A DNA stretch of 64,000 nucleotides, from assembly GCA_963675745.2 (NCBI GenBank), contig CAXXWX010000026.1, positions 32,001 through 96,000 of the forward strand, given 5' to 3'. The notes beneath the pieces were generated by a model, which ran no database searches, was not told the DNA's origin, and saw only the letters and a program-made list of their open reading frames with translations. The position numbers and the translations under genes are program-made. Shown in pieces: positions 32,990 through 42,768 of this stretch. The stretch's first letter is position 1; each line of letters starts with the position of its first letter. Origin of the DNA: Phycisphaerae bacterium. Its GTDB lineage: Bacteria; Planctomycetota; Phycisphaerae; UBA1845; Fen-1342.

Positions 32990-33462
32990 TTGTCGTCTCC
33001 TGTTCTGTAAGGCCCTTGTTGACTCTTACGTGTTAATCAGCCCGCCGATGGCGCGGGTACGACCAGCGCAACGCCGCGACAGATCATCCACGTAGTGTTC
33101 GGGCGCCCATGCGGACAGGTGTTCAACGTTCATTGACCGCTGAGCGACGCCGTCGGTGGTCTGCTGATATGACTAGTCAGCCAAACGTGTGGGTGCGCAA
33201 CGCGCCGTGGTGCAAAAAAAAGAGAGTGCCGGGCTCCACCGGTCCGCTGACGAGGATTCGTCGCGCTCAAGGTGTGGCGCGCTTTGCGGAACGGCGACTG
33301 GGAGCATCAGAGCCAATTGACATTGCTCGCCGGCTACAAATCGGCGCGGCACTTTCGGCGAGTGTCGGTATCATTCACCAGCGACGAAGTCATGCTGAGC
33401 ATGACCTATCTCGCGGCGCTTGAGTCACGTGACATACACGCGGCTTGTTGTGGGAGATGCAG

Positions 33463-33726
33463 ATGATCGAGGTTTACCTGGCGGCGGATCTCGCCGACGC
33501 GCAGCTTGTGTGCAACATGCTCGAAGACCATGGAATCAAGGCAGTTGTGCAAGGCGAGCTGCTGAACATCGCACAAGGCGGCGTGCCCTGCGGACCGACC
33601 ACCGCGCCGACCGTGTGGGTCAATGAGGCGGATGCGGAGCGGGCTCGCCAACTCATCGACGAAATCGATCAGCGACGTCGGCGGCGACAAGAGACTGAAT
33701 CGTCAGATCCCGCGGATTCCGACTGA
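33463..33726 (+). CDS. DUF2007-type putative signal-transducing protein
   Basis: VYLAADLADAQLVCNMLEDHGIKAVVQGE...VWVNEADAERARQLI; GGAG 6 nt before ATG. Confidence 0.8.
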   Translation: MIEVYLAADLADAQLVCNMLEDHGIKAVVQGELLNIAQGGVPCGPTTAPTVWVNEADAERARQLIDEIDQRRRRRQETESSDPADSD

Positions 33727-33977
33727 ACCTCGCACGATTAATCCGCGTGGTCGTCTGTGCATGTGGCGCGTCCGCCACCCAACAAGGTTGCGGCGGTCGC
33801 AGGCGTTGCGCGGCGCCGTGTTCCCCCATCCCGCGGACCAGAAGTGCCGTAGGCCCCCCTTCGGAATGTGACCGTGACCGTGGCAGAGGCTGCAGCGCAG
33901 GCCGCACCCCGGTTTGATCCACCGCGGCGTCGCGGTGGGCCATGTATCGGCATCTGCGGCTTGTGGCGAACGGAACC

Positions 33978-35168
33978 TCAAAGGCCTACGAGCAGCGCCA
34001 CAAACTGGTCGATGTCACCATTATTGACCCAGCCGTCGCCATTGATGTCGCCGAGCACAATGTCGCAATCCGGGTAGTCGGTAGCGTACTGGACCGGATC
34101 AGACAGAGCCAGGGCAAATGCGTCGAGGTCACCGTTGTTAACCCAGCCGTCGCAGTTCAGGTCGCCGATGGGCGCGACTCCGGCGACGCGGAACCCGATG
34201 TGGCCGTATTCGTACGATGGGGCATCGTAGCCGCGGAACAGCGCGAGCATCGCGAAGTAGTTCGTGCCAAAATGCCCGCCCCGCTTCCCACGCTCCACGC
34301 CGATGACCGCCTCATTCCACTCGAAGACGTTGCCCCCTTGGTCAAACGTACCATACGGACTGTCGGACAGTCCGAAGTACCCGACCTCTGTGCGCCAGTA
34401 CGGACCGCCGATCGTGTACCGCCACGGGTAATGAAGATCGAAGTCGTAGAAATTCGCTGAGTTTCCGGTGTCTCCGGCTGGATGCCCGTTGTCCGGCTGC
34501 GCGTCGCTGCCCATGGGATAGTGCCAGTAGTTCCCTGTCGGGCCGTCGTTGTCATTATACGCCGCCTTGTACCACTCGTCCTCCGACGGAATCACCCACG
34601 TGGCATCCGGTTCACGCGCGACGGCCAACAGGTCGGCGTCACTCACTGCCCCGTTGAGGACATACGAACCATCTTCCGTCGTGGTGAGCCCCTGGAGCCC
34701 CGACGGCTGGTCATTGTGCAGCCAGTTGCAAAACCGCGCCGCGTCGCCCCAGGAAACGAAATTCACGGGACGGTTTGCCCAGTCTGGAGCCACACTGTAC
34801 GTGTAGCTGCCCGGGCTGCCGTGACGCTGGATATTGCAGCCGCGGACCCAGTCACTTACGTCGGCCATGGCTTCGTTATACAGCCCGTAGGTGTCCGTGG
34901 CGGCAATGGCGTTTAGGAACTCCGTGTACTGGCCAACCGTCACCTCGTACATGCCGATCTTGTACACGTAGTCCACGGCGCCATAGCCGGTAGTGCCGTC
35001 TTGCATGACTTCTGTGTCCTCGGCATTGCCCGGGTTGCCCACGGTGACGGTCTCCAGGCTCGTCAAGCCGTCGGCCATATTGAACACGTCCGCCTGCGCG
35101 GGGTGTGCGTAGACCAATAGCAAACCCGCGCACCCCGTCAGCGTCGCAAGTCCGCGCAGACCCTGCAT
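33978..35168 (-). CDS. Secreted FGE-sulfatase (SUMF1/EgtB/PvdO-fold) protein with dockerin-like tail
   Basis: Internal signal peptide MQGLRG..AQA, YEVTVGQY, PVNFVSWGDAARFCNWL, IPSEDEWYKAAY, DQGGNVFEW, IGFRVA, GDLNCDG. Confidence 0.85.
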   Translation of the reverse strand: MQGLRGLATLTGCAGLLLVYAHPAQADVFNMADGLTSLETVTVGNPGNAEDTEVMQDGTTGYGAVDYVYKIGMYEVTVGQYTEFLNAIAATDTYGLYNEAMADVSDWVRGCNIQRHGSPGSYTYSVAPDWANRPVNFVSWGDAARFCNWLHNDQPSGLQGLTTTEDGSYVLNGAVSDADLLAVAREPDATWVIPSEDEWYKAAYNDNDGPTGNYWHYPMGSDAQPDNGHPAGDTGNSANFYDFDLHYPWRYTIGGPYWRTEVGYFGLSDSPYGTFDQGGNVFEWNEAVIGVERGKRGGHFGTNYFAMLALFRGYDAPSYEYGHIGFRVAGVAPIGDLNCDGWVNNGDLDAFALALSDPVQYATDYPDCDIVLGDINGDGWVNNGDIDQFVALLVGL

Positions 35169-35438
35169 TCGCAGCCAGTCCAGATGCTGGGTCAGCACCA
35201 TCGGAAATGGCGGCGCAGCGTCGACCTGGGCCTGCGTGATGCCAGTCAATTCGGTGCAGAAAGCGGTTAGCGTTGGGTGATGCAGCGGCCGGACGCACGA
35301 CGCGAACTCAGCGATCGGTTCCGCCGTCGGCAGCGACAGCAGTACCGACGGGAACTCGATGATCTCCTGGGGATGTGGAGTGTCGCGCTCGTCGCATGTG
35401 GCTTCAAAATCCAGCACGACGACATAGTCGAGCGGCAT
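35169..35438 (-). pseudogene. N-terminal half of ERI1/KapD-type DEDDh 3'-5' exonuclease fused in frame to the FGE gene
   Basis: VVLDFEATC, EIIEFPSV, VRP..HPTLTAFCTELTGITQ; ExoII/III motifs absent. Confidence 0.8.
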
Positions 35439-35809
35439 GAAACTCCGGGCGTCGGTGGGCACGTTGGTGACGAATTGACGCCCATCGCCTTGCTGGCTGT
35501 TCATGCGCCGGCTCTCCAGTCTCGACACCATGCGCCGTACCGCCGCGCATCCCTTCTTTGCCAAGGCCGCCCATCAAGGCGGCGCAGCCGGTGGACGCGA
35601 CAGGTCGCTTGACCATCAACGGAATGGCGCCCATGGTACAATGAGTACGGCGTTTGCCCATGGCGTCTTTGGTGAACGCCGGAGAATTACCGGGGCACGT
35701 TAGCGGGTTGATCATCTCCGTCGCCGGTCGAGAGATCGGGCACATTCCGTCGAACTGCCGAATTAAGTGCGTCGACCACCTCGACCACGACAACGTGAGG
35801 GCTGACCAC

Positions 35810-36607
35810 ATGGTGCGTATTGCCTGGGCCACCGACATTCATCTCGAGTTCGTCGACGACGAGCAACTGGCTGCATTCTGTGCCCAACTGGCAGAAATCG
35901 CCGCCGATGCGGTCGTCCTCTGCGGCGACATCCACACGGCCGACGGCATCGAGGCAACGCTCGCCATGCTGGATGAGGCGCTGGAATGCCCATTGTTATT
36001 CGTGTTGGGCAACCACGACTTCTATGGCGGCTCCATCGCCAATGTCAGGCGACAGGTCGCGCAGGTGGTGGCCGGCGCCACGAATCTCCATTATCTCACC
36101 GTTTCCGGCCTCGTGCGACTCTCGCCGAAGATGTGCGTGATCGGCCATGATGGCTGGGGCGATGCGCGCTATGGAGATTTCGCAAGCTCGCGGTTAAGGC
36201 TCAACGACTTTCGGCTCATCCACGAGCTCACTGGGCTGACGCGCGAGGGGCTCGGCTCGAAGCTCCGGGAGCTCGGTGACGAGGCAGCCGCCCACATTGA
36301 GCGACTGCTGGCGACCGCACTCAGCCACTACGAGACCGTTCTCATCATCACGCACGTGCCGCCGTTCACTGAGATCAGTTTGTACGATGGTCGCCCGTCC
36401 CCGGACGGGGCGCCGTTCTTTGCGTGCAAGGTGGTTGGCGATGTGATCCTGGCGGCGGCCACGGCCCACCCAGACCGGCAGATCACCGTCATCTGCGGCC
36501 ACTCTCACGCCGCCGCCGAGGCACATGTGGCGCCGAACGTCCGCGCGATCGCCGGCGGGGCGAGGTACGGGGCTCCCACGCTTCAGACTATGCTTGAGTT
36601 CGCGTAG
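35810..36607 (+). CDS. Calcineurin-like metallophosphoesterase
   Basis: TDIH, CGDI, LGNHD, THVPP, CGHSH motifs. Confidence 0.9.
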   Translation: MVRIAWATDIHLEFVDDEQLAAFCAQLAEIAADAVVLCGDIHTADGIEATLAMLDEALECPLLFVLGNHDFYGGSIANVRRQVAQVVAGATNLHYLTVSGLVRLSPKMCVIGHDGWGDARYGDFASSRLRLNDFRLIHELTGLTREGLGSKLRELGDEAAAHIERLLATALSHYETVLIITHVPPFTEISLYDGRPSPDGAPFFACKVVGDVILAAATAHPDRQITVICGHSHAAAEAHVAPNVRAIAGGARYGAPTLQTMLEFA

Positions 36608-36793
36608 CGTGTTGCCAGATCGTCGATCCGAACAAATGCAATCACGAGGAGATTCGGCTTGCGCATCGCAGTACGCATGAACCTGCTCAGACGTTTTGGC
36701 GTCGAACGGTAGTTGACGCGCAAAGGCGAGGGCCGAGCGGACTCAATCATGCAGATCCACCAGGCCCTCACCGCTATCGCACGCGCAGCGACG

Positions 36794-37366
36794 CTAGCGT
36801 CGCCTAGCGATCAGAAAACCCACCCCGAGAATCAGGCCCAATAGCGAACTCGGCTCGGGAACGACCTCGATGATTCCCTGCCAGCCATTCGCGGAGTGAG
36901 CATCGCACCATTTGTGCTCATAACTCGGGTAGCTGTGCATATAAATCGCCGCATGCTGCTCACCGAGGCCGCCCGAAGGTTCACCACCGTACCAGTTCGT
37001 GTAGCTGGTGCTCGCTGGGTTGTTCCACTCCCACCAGCCACCGTCGCCGGCAACCCACTCCCAGTGTCCCTCGTCCTCCATGTCGTTGAATCCAATCCAG
37101 GCGACATTGTCATCACCGGTCATATGGTCTCGTAGCGTATCGAATACCCAGGTGTTTTCTTCCTCGCTGTTAATCGTGACGAGGTTGCCGCCGCTGCCAA
37201 CGGCAATCGCCTGGCATTCGTGCCACTGACCGCGCTCGGTCAATGCGTAGCGGTGGCCACGTCCCCAGTCCGTATCGGGACCATCGAACCAGGTAAGATC
37301 TGCGAATGCAGGGCCTGCAATCGCAACCATCGATACAGCAGTGATGATGCCGAGGGTCAATCGCAT
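36794..37366 (-). CDS. C-type lectin-domain PEP-CTERM protein
   Basis: AAGGAG RBS, signal peptide, GGNLVTINSEEEN, WIGFND, YTNWYGGEP, VPEPSSLLGLILGVGFLIARRR. Confidence 0.9.
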   Translation of the reverse strand: MRLTLGIITAVSMVAIAGPAFADLTWFDGPDTDWGRGHRYALTERGQWHECQAIAVGSGGNLVTINSEEENTWVFDTLRDHMTGDDNVAWIGFNDMEDEGHWEWVAGDGGWWEWNNPASTSYTNWYGGEPSGGLGEQHAAIYMHSYPSYEHKWCDAHSANGWQGIIEVVPEPSSLLGLILGVGFLIARRR

Positions 37367-37520
37367 GATTTGCTCCTTTTCTATGCAAGACTCGTCAGAG
37401 CCACACCCTGCCACACAGCAGGGGTAGTCCACACCCTACGCCAAGTTCCTCTGTAGTGATGCCACAACCTCTAATCAGCCGACATCAAACTTGTGCCAGC
37501 AGTGGTTGATCGGTCAAGTG

Positions 37521-38243
37521 CTATTCATGTCGCTCATGACTCACGGGATGCACACTGCTCGAATCATCGGCCGTGTGAGTCTCTGCAACCTCCTGCCGTT
37601 CTCTGACGGGAATGAGCAAGCAGTCAACCTCAGACAAGTCCCCAACCCAGACCTTAAGAGTCTGCCCGCAAACAACCGCCATCGGCCGCGGCGCCAATGC
37701 CGCCCGCAGCTGGTGGATATGATCGATGCGCGGTGGGCCATCCTTCCCCGGGCCGTTGACGCAGACAACGTCGATATGGCCCACGCGCTCGATCTCCAGC
37801 GGGTCCCCGCCCCTCGATGTATGCTCGTCGCTCGGCGTGTTTCCAAACACCAAACCGTCCCAGTCGCACCCGTCACGTGCGGCCTGAACAGCGATCGCCA
37901 AGGCTCCCGCAGCAGTTCCCGACTCGCCGGGCTCCGCCCACACCCCGTCGATCCCATCCGGAAGTCGGTGAATCACATCCTGCGGCCGCAGGTCGCGGCA
38001 GTGGACGCCAACGAACGCGGCCGGATGCGCCGCCACAACGGTGCGGGCGATTTCGAGCAGCGACTGGTGACCGATCGAGTCGTTACACAGGAAGACGCCG
38101 GCCATGTTGCCGGCCAGCGCGGCCCTGGCTGCCTGGAGGGCTGCTGCCGGCTCGGACACCTCAACCATTGCGATCCGCGGCTGCCGCTGTCGGGTGAAGA
38201 CCCGCGTAAACCGCCGCCGTGCTCCATCCACTTTTGTGAACAT
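37521..38243 (-). CDS. Divergent BtpA/SgcQ-like TIM-barrel protein
   Basis: AGVFLCN, FVGVHCRDL, DGVWAE, WDGLVFG, DVVCVNGPG, DCLLI follow the family pattern from recollection. Confidence 0.5.
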   Translation of the reverse strand: MFTKVDGARRRFTRVFTRQRQPRIAMVEVSEPAAALQAARAALAGNMAGVFLCNDSIGHQSLLEIARTVVAAHPAAFVGVHCRDLRPQDVIHRLPDGIDGVWAEPGESGTAAGALAIAVQAARDGCDWDGLVFGNTPSDEHTSRGGDPLEIERVGHIDVVCVNGPGKDGPPRIDHIHQLRAALAPRPMAVVCGQTLKVWVGDLSEVDCLLIPVRERQEVAETHTADDSSSVHPVSHERHE

Positions 38244-38364
38244 GACCTGCTCCTACCCAGTACCTATCCAAACGTGCCCGGACCTTTCATGATTCCGCCG
38301 AAATGCTCGCCGCTGAGGCGCCAGTGGAACCGCTTGAGTTCACCGAACCCAACGCGTAAACTCG

Positions 38365-39042
38365 GTGCCTGTGGGAACTAAACGCAATGGGGTGCCTGTC
38401 GTGGATGAACCGAAGGACTGGTCGCGGGCGACCGTATCGGGCCTGCAATTGACGCGGCGGCTCCAGGACCCGAGCGATCAGGCCGCTTGGTTCGAAGTGG
38501 ATGGGCGGTACGGCCCGCTGATCCAGGCACACGCGGTGCGTAGGGGGCTGCGGGCCGATCTGGCACTTGATGCTCGTCAAGAGGCGATGTGTGCCTTGGC
38601 TAAGGCGGTGCAGGCCGGGCGTTTTCCGAGCGATAAGTCGGAGCACGGGGAGAAGCCAGGATCGCGTACACGCGCGTATTTGTTCCGTGTTGCTCAGTAC
38701 GTGACAATCAAGATAATCAGGGGTGAGAACAAGATCCCATTGTGTGCGTCATCGGGGCCTGATGAACCGAGTATTCTCGAGACGCTGCCGGGCGAGGACG
38801 AATGGGAGCGCCGCTGGAACGAGGAGTGGGAGCTCGCGGTACGTCAACAGTGCCTGAGAGAGGCGCAGGCACACTTCACGGCCGACACCTACCGCGTCTT
38901 CTATTTGAAGACCGTTGAGGAACGGTCGGCGGCCGAGATAGCCGCAATGACTGGCAAGACCGAAGAGGCTGTCCACACGGCAACGAGTCGCGTGCGGTCA
39001 TTCCTCCGCCGGATATTCCCGGAGATGACGGAGATCTTCTGA
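38365..39042 (+). CDS. ECF sigma factor (kinase-associated)
   Basis: LQDPSDQAAW...RYGPLI, WNEEWE, SAAEIAAMTG..VHTATSRV; homologous to 13267..13869; start uncertain. Confidence 0.88.
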   Translation: MPVGTKRNGVPVVDEPKDWSRATVSGLQLTRRLQDPSDQAAWFEVDGRYGPLIQAHAVRRGLRADLALDARQEAMCALAKAVQAGRFPSDKSEHGEKPGSRTRAYLFRVAQYVTIKIIRGENKIPLCASSGPDEPSILETLPGEDEWERRWNEEWELAVRQQCLREAQAHFTADTYRVFYLKTVEERSAAEIAAMTGKTEEAVHTATSRVRSFLRRIFPEMTEIF

Positions 39043-39047
39043 CTGCC

Positions 39048-42000
39048 ATGGAATTGGACGAATCCAGTGCGGCGTGGAAGAAGGCGGGTAAGGGGATGCC
39101 ACCTCTGGGGGACATCGATCCCACCCACGTGACTCCTGCGCAGCTTCACGACGCGCCAGGCAGTGGGTCGTCTGATGGCAGGGACGATGGCGATCCGCCG
39201 TGTCTGTATCTTAAGCAGTACCGCAACTGCACACTGATAGCCAAGACGGCACTATCCCGGACGTGGCGCGCCTACGACGTAAAACGTAAGTCGGACGTCG
39301 TTGTGAAAGAGCTACATGGAGACCTGTTGCTCCATCCCCAGTTCCTTGGGCGATTCCAGAGCGAGTATGCGTTCACGGCTTGGCTCTCGCACGCGAACGT
39401 CGTCGTGCCGCTCATGGCGCATTTCGAGGAACCGCCGTATTGCTACGTAATGCCGTACATCGACGGCGAGCACCTGGATGATTACTGCACCAGCCACAAC
39501 TTGAGCATCAGCGAGCGGATCAGACTGTGCTTGCCGATCTGCCAGGCAATCACGCACGCTCACGACAACCGGGTTGTTCATCGCGATCTGAAGCCGAACA
39601 ACATCCTGGTTGGCAAGGACGGTCGACCGCAGTTGATCGACTTCGGATTAGCGCGCGAGATTTCCAGCGTGGAGGTAGCCAGCCAGATTGGGGGCAACAC
39701 CGAGGGGACGCCGGGCTACATGTCGCCGGAACAGGCTGACGGCCGTGAGGGCGATGCGCGCACCGACGTGTATTCCCTTGGGGTGGTTCTCTACGAACTG
39801 CTGACCGGCCACCTTCCAATCAAGCCGACGAGGGATGTCCGCGAGCTATTGCGACGCATTCGCGAAGATGCGCCCACACGTCCGACCGAGTGGACCGACG
39901 TAGTCGACTGGGAGCTTGAGGCGTTGCTGCTCAAGACGCTCGAGAAGCGCCCGCAAGATCGCTACGCAAGCATCGCGGATCTGCGCGAGGACTTGGAGAA
40001 CTACCTGGCGTGCCGGCCGCTCAGCATCCTCCGCCACAACCCGGGCTATGTAGCCAGGAAGTGGATTCGCCGGAACCGCGTGGGGGTGGCAATTGGGTCG
40101 TCATTCGCCGTGCTGGTCATTGTCTTCTGCATCATCGCGTTGTGGCTGACCGTCTCGAATGCGCGAGCCGTGGCCGAGACCGCCGCGCTCGGCCGGCATA
40201 AGACCGCGATCGTCGCTGCACAGCTTCAGGGGCGCAACGATGATCCATTCAACGCAGCTCGGACACTGTGGCGCGAGCACTTCTACGCCCAGCGACACGC
40301 GAATGCCAGTACGCGTCGCACCAAGTTCGCGCTGTGGGCGTTCTATCAGCGCTATCCGTGCATCTGGCACGTGGGGCACAGCGTCGGCGAGAGGGTTCTG
40401 ACGCCTAAGGAACACATGCGTTCGCGCGTGCGCTGCAGCCCGGACAGCAAGTGGATAGCCACGGTTCTGAATTGGGAAGATGAGTCAGGACGACTGCGTG
40501 GTCGCGTGGCGATACTCGACGCGGTTTCAGGGGCGCTGCAATCCGAGGTAAACGAACCGGCGTATCTGCCACGCTGCGTTGCGTTTGCTCCCGACGGACG
40601 TTCGCTGTGGGTTGGCGATGAGGATGGCCAGGTGCGTTGCTTTGCCCTCCCTTCGGAAAGCGGCGAACTCGACAGCCAGCCGGCCAGCACGATTCCGATT
40701 GGCGACCACCCCATCACGGTGCTCGCCATCTCGCCGGACGGCCATCTGCTGGCGACCGGGACAGACCGCGACACGATCGACATCGTCACGATTGGACAGG
40801 GCTCGTCGACGCCGCTGACCGGCTGGCCGAAACGGATCAGCACCATAACGACCGATCTCGCGTTCTCGCCCGACAGCACGCAGCTTGCCGCCAGCTTTCG
40901 CGAGCTCACGGTCGAGAACCCACAGGGCGTGTGCGTCTGGCGCATCGCCGATGGCGGCTGCGTGGGCGAGGTACGTGAGCGAGCGTGTTGGTCGCTGGCT
41001 TGGGCTCCGGATGGGCAGGGGCTTCATGTTGACGGCAAGGCAGGGCTGCACAAGTTGCGTGCGGACGGCAGCTTATCGGCGCGGCTCGGAGAGGCGCGCC
41101 CCTGGGGTCTCCGCGCCATCGACCTCGCCAGAGCCAGCGATCGCACCCTCATTGCCCATGCCGCCGGCGATTGCCAGATCGGCCTCTATGACCTCGGCCG
41201 GCGTATGACACTTCCCATCCACGGCTTCCACTTCGGGTCTGTCGCCGATCAACTGGATCTCAGCTTCGATCCCGACGGCGTCTTTGTCGCGTCGACGGCG
41301 CGCGACGGTGTGCGCCTGTGGCGTGTCACCGGTTCTCTTGCGCGTCCCTGGCCAAGCGGGACGGAGGATATCCCGTGTGCGGCGCTGGCGCTCAGCCAAT
41401 CCGGCACCGTGGTCTGCGTCGCACGCGGCGGGGATCTGAGCGTCACCGCAACAGCCGATGAGCGGGCCCGGGCGTACTCGTTCTGGGCACCGTCCGACAG
41501 CTCTCCTGCGGCGGGCTTGGAGCCGTTTTGCGAAACAGGCTTGCTCTGCGGGCCAGTGCCGAGTCTGAGTGATAAGTACGTCGTGTACAGCCGGCAGACT
41601 TCGGAGAATGAAGACGCAACCGTCATCATCGGCACGACAGACCGATCCGGTACCGTGCTTGCCGAGGCGTCGCTGGGGCCCAAGGTTGTGTCCGCGCTGT
41701 ACTGGCTATCTGATGTACCCGCCACGATTCTGGTTGGCACGAAGGCGGGCACGCTGTTCCGCTGGCGGCCGAACCTCGAGCCGAGCGCGCCGTCGCCACC
41801 TGAGGCGTTGCGGCCCCTCTGGCAGTTCGATACCGCATGCTCCGGAATCACCATCAGCCATGACGGTCTTTGGTGTGCGGCGTGTGCCGAAAACGCCGCT
41901 GCGAAACCCGAATCTACCCGCCCGCAGGTCTGCGTATGGCGCGTGGGCCGGATGATGGCAGCGACCGGCGCAGCGTCCGAAGCACTGAGGCCGGACTACT

Positions 42001-42428
42001 GCTTCTCGACGCACCCCTTCACGTGGCGGGTCAACTTCGTCCGCGGCGCGGACGGCACCCTGCTCCTGGCAACCAGCGGCAGTGCGCGAGAGATTCGGCT
42101 GTGGGAGGCGTTTACGGGCGTCGAGCGTAGGCCCTTGTGCGGCCATCAGGACGGCATCTTCCGTTGCTTCGCCCTCGACGAACAGACGCTTGTGACCAGT
42201 TCACGCGACCGCTCGGTCCGCATCTGGGACGTGCCCACGCGCGAGGAGCTGTGCCTGCTCTACGAGTCGCCGTGGGACTCCCCGGCCATCGCCGTCCGAA
42301 ATGGCCGCATCGCCATCGCCGACGCGACCGGCGTAACGGTCGCCGACACACGCGAGATCGACGCGTTCATCGCCGCCAACCGGAACATGGCCCGGCGGTT
42401 GTACGAGGACGGCACATTGCAACGCTGA
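39048..42428 (+). CDS. Ser/Thr kinase - TM - WD40 propeller protein
   Basis: VVVKEL, HRDLKPNN, DFGLA, GTPGYMSPEQ; TM helix; FSPD/GH..D..WD repeats. Confidence 0.9.
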   Translation: MELDESSAAWKKAGKGMPPLGDIDPTHVTPAQLHDAPGSGSSDGRDDGDPPCLYLKQYRNCTLIAKTALSRTWRAYDVKRKSDVVVKELHGDLLLHPQFLGRFQSEYAFTAWLSHANVVVPLMAHFEEPPYCYVMPYIDGEHLDDYCTSHNLSISERIRLCLPICQAITHAHDNRVVHRDLKPNNILVGKDGRPQLIDFGLAREISSVEVASQIGGNTEGTPGYMSPEQADGREGDARTDVYSLGVVLYELLTGHLPIKPTRDVRELLRRIREDAPTRPTEWTDVVDWELEALLLKTLEKRPQDRYASIADLREDLENYLACRPLSILRHNPGYVARKWIRRNRVGVAIGSSFAVLVIVFCIIALWLTVSNARAVAETAALGRHKTAIVAAQLQGRNDDPFNAARTLWREHFYAQRHANASTRRTKFALWAFYQRYPCIWHVGHSVGERVLTPKEHMRSRVRCSPDSKWIATVLNWEDESGRLRGRVAILDAVSGALQSEVNEPAYLPRCVAFAPDGRSLWVGDEDGQVRCFALPSESGELDSQPASTIPIGDHPITVLAISPDGHLLATGTDRDTIDIVTIGQGSSTPLTGWPKRISTITTDLAFSPDSTQLAASFRELTVENPQGVCVWRIADGGCVGEVRERACWSLAWAPDGQGLHVDGKAGLHKLRADGSLSARLGEARPWGLRAIDLARASDRTLIAHAAGDCQIGLYDLGRRMTLPIHGFHFGSVADQLDLSFDPDGVFVASTARDGVRLWRVTGSLARPWPSGTEDIPCAALALSQSGTVVCVARGGDLSVTATADERARAYSFWAPSDSSPAAGLEPFCETGLLCGPVPSLSDKYVVYSRQTSENEDATVIIGTTDRSGTVLAEASLGPKVVSALYWLSDVPATILVGTKAGTLFRWRPNLEPSAPSPPEALRPLWQFDTACSGITISHDGLWCAACAENAAAKPESTRPQVCVWRVGRMMAATGAASEALRPDYCFSTHPFTWRVNFVRGADGTLLLATSGSAREIRLWEAFTGVERRPLCGHQDGIFRCFALDEQTLVTSSRDRSVRIWDVPTREELCLLYESPWDSPAIAVRNGRIAIADATGVTVADTREIDAFIAANRNMARRLYEDGTLQR

Positions 42429-42768
42429 CGACTGAGGCGCGGTTGAGCCGGGCTGTCGTACGCATGCCTCGCACCAATAGACACTTACAACAGATTCGTT
42501 GCCCACAAACAGCGTTCGCGAGACACCGCCGCGTTGCGTCTTTCTCGCAGTTTTCTTCGTTTGATGTAAGAACCCGGCGTCGGACGCCAGGAACCAATCA
42601 GAGGAGGTTGTAGGTGTCTGGGACACCGGGTGAGCGAGCACGAACAAGATAAGACGGTTGCAGTTCGGTACATGTGCCACGTTGTCAGAGAGCGGCGGTC
42701 CGACGGTTGTCCGGGGCCGGCGATCTGCTAGGCCGCTGGTGCCTCCGCGGCGATGAGGGAGCTTCTTG

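Noticed and set aside
33272..33420. LAGYKSARHFRRV resembles an AraC-type helix-turn-helix
   Set aside because: Too short, with no surrounding domain; cannot be supported
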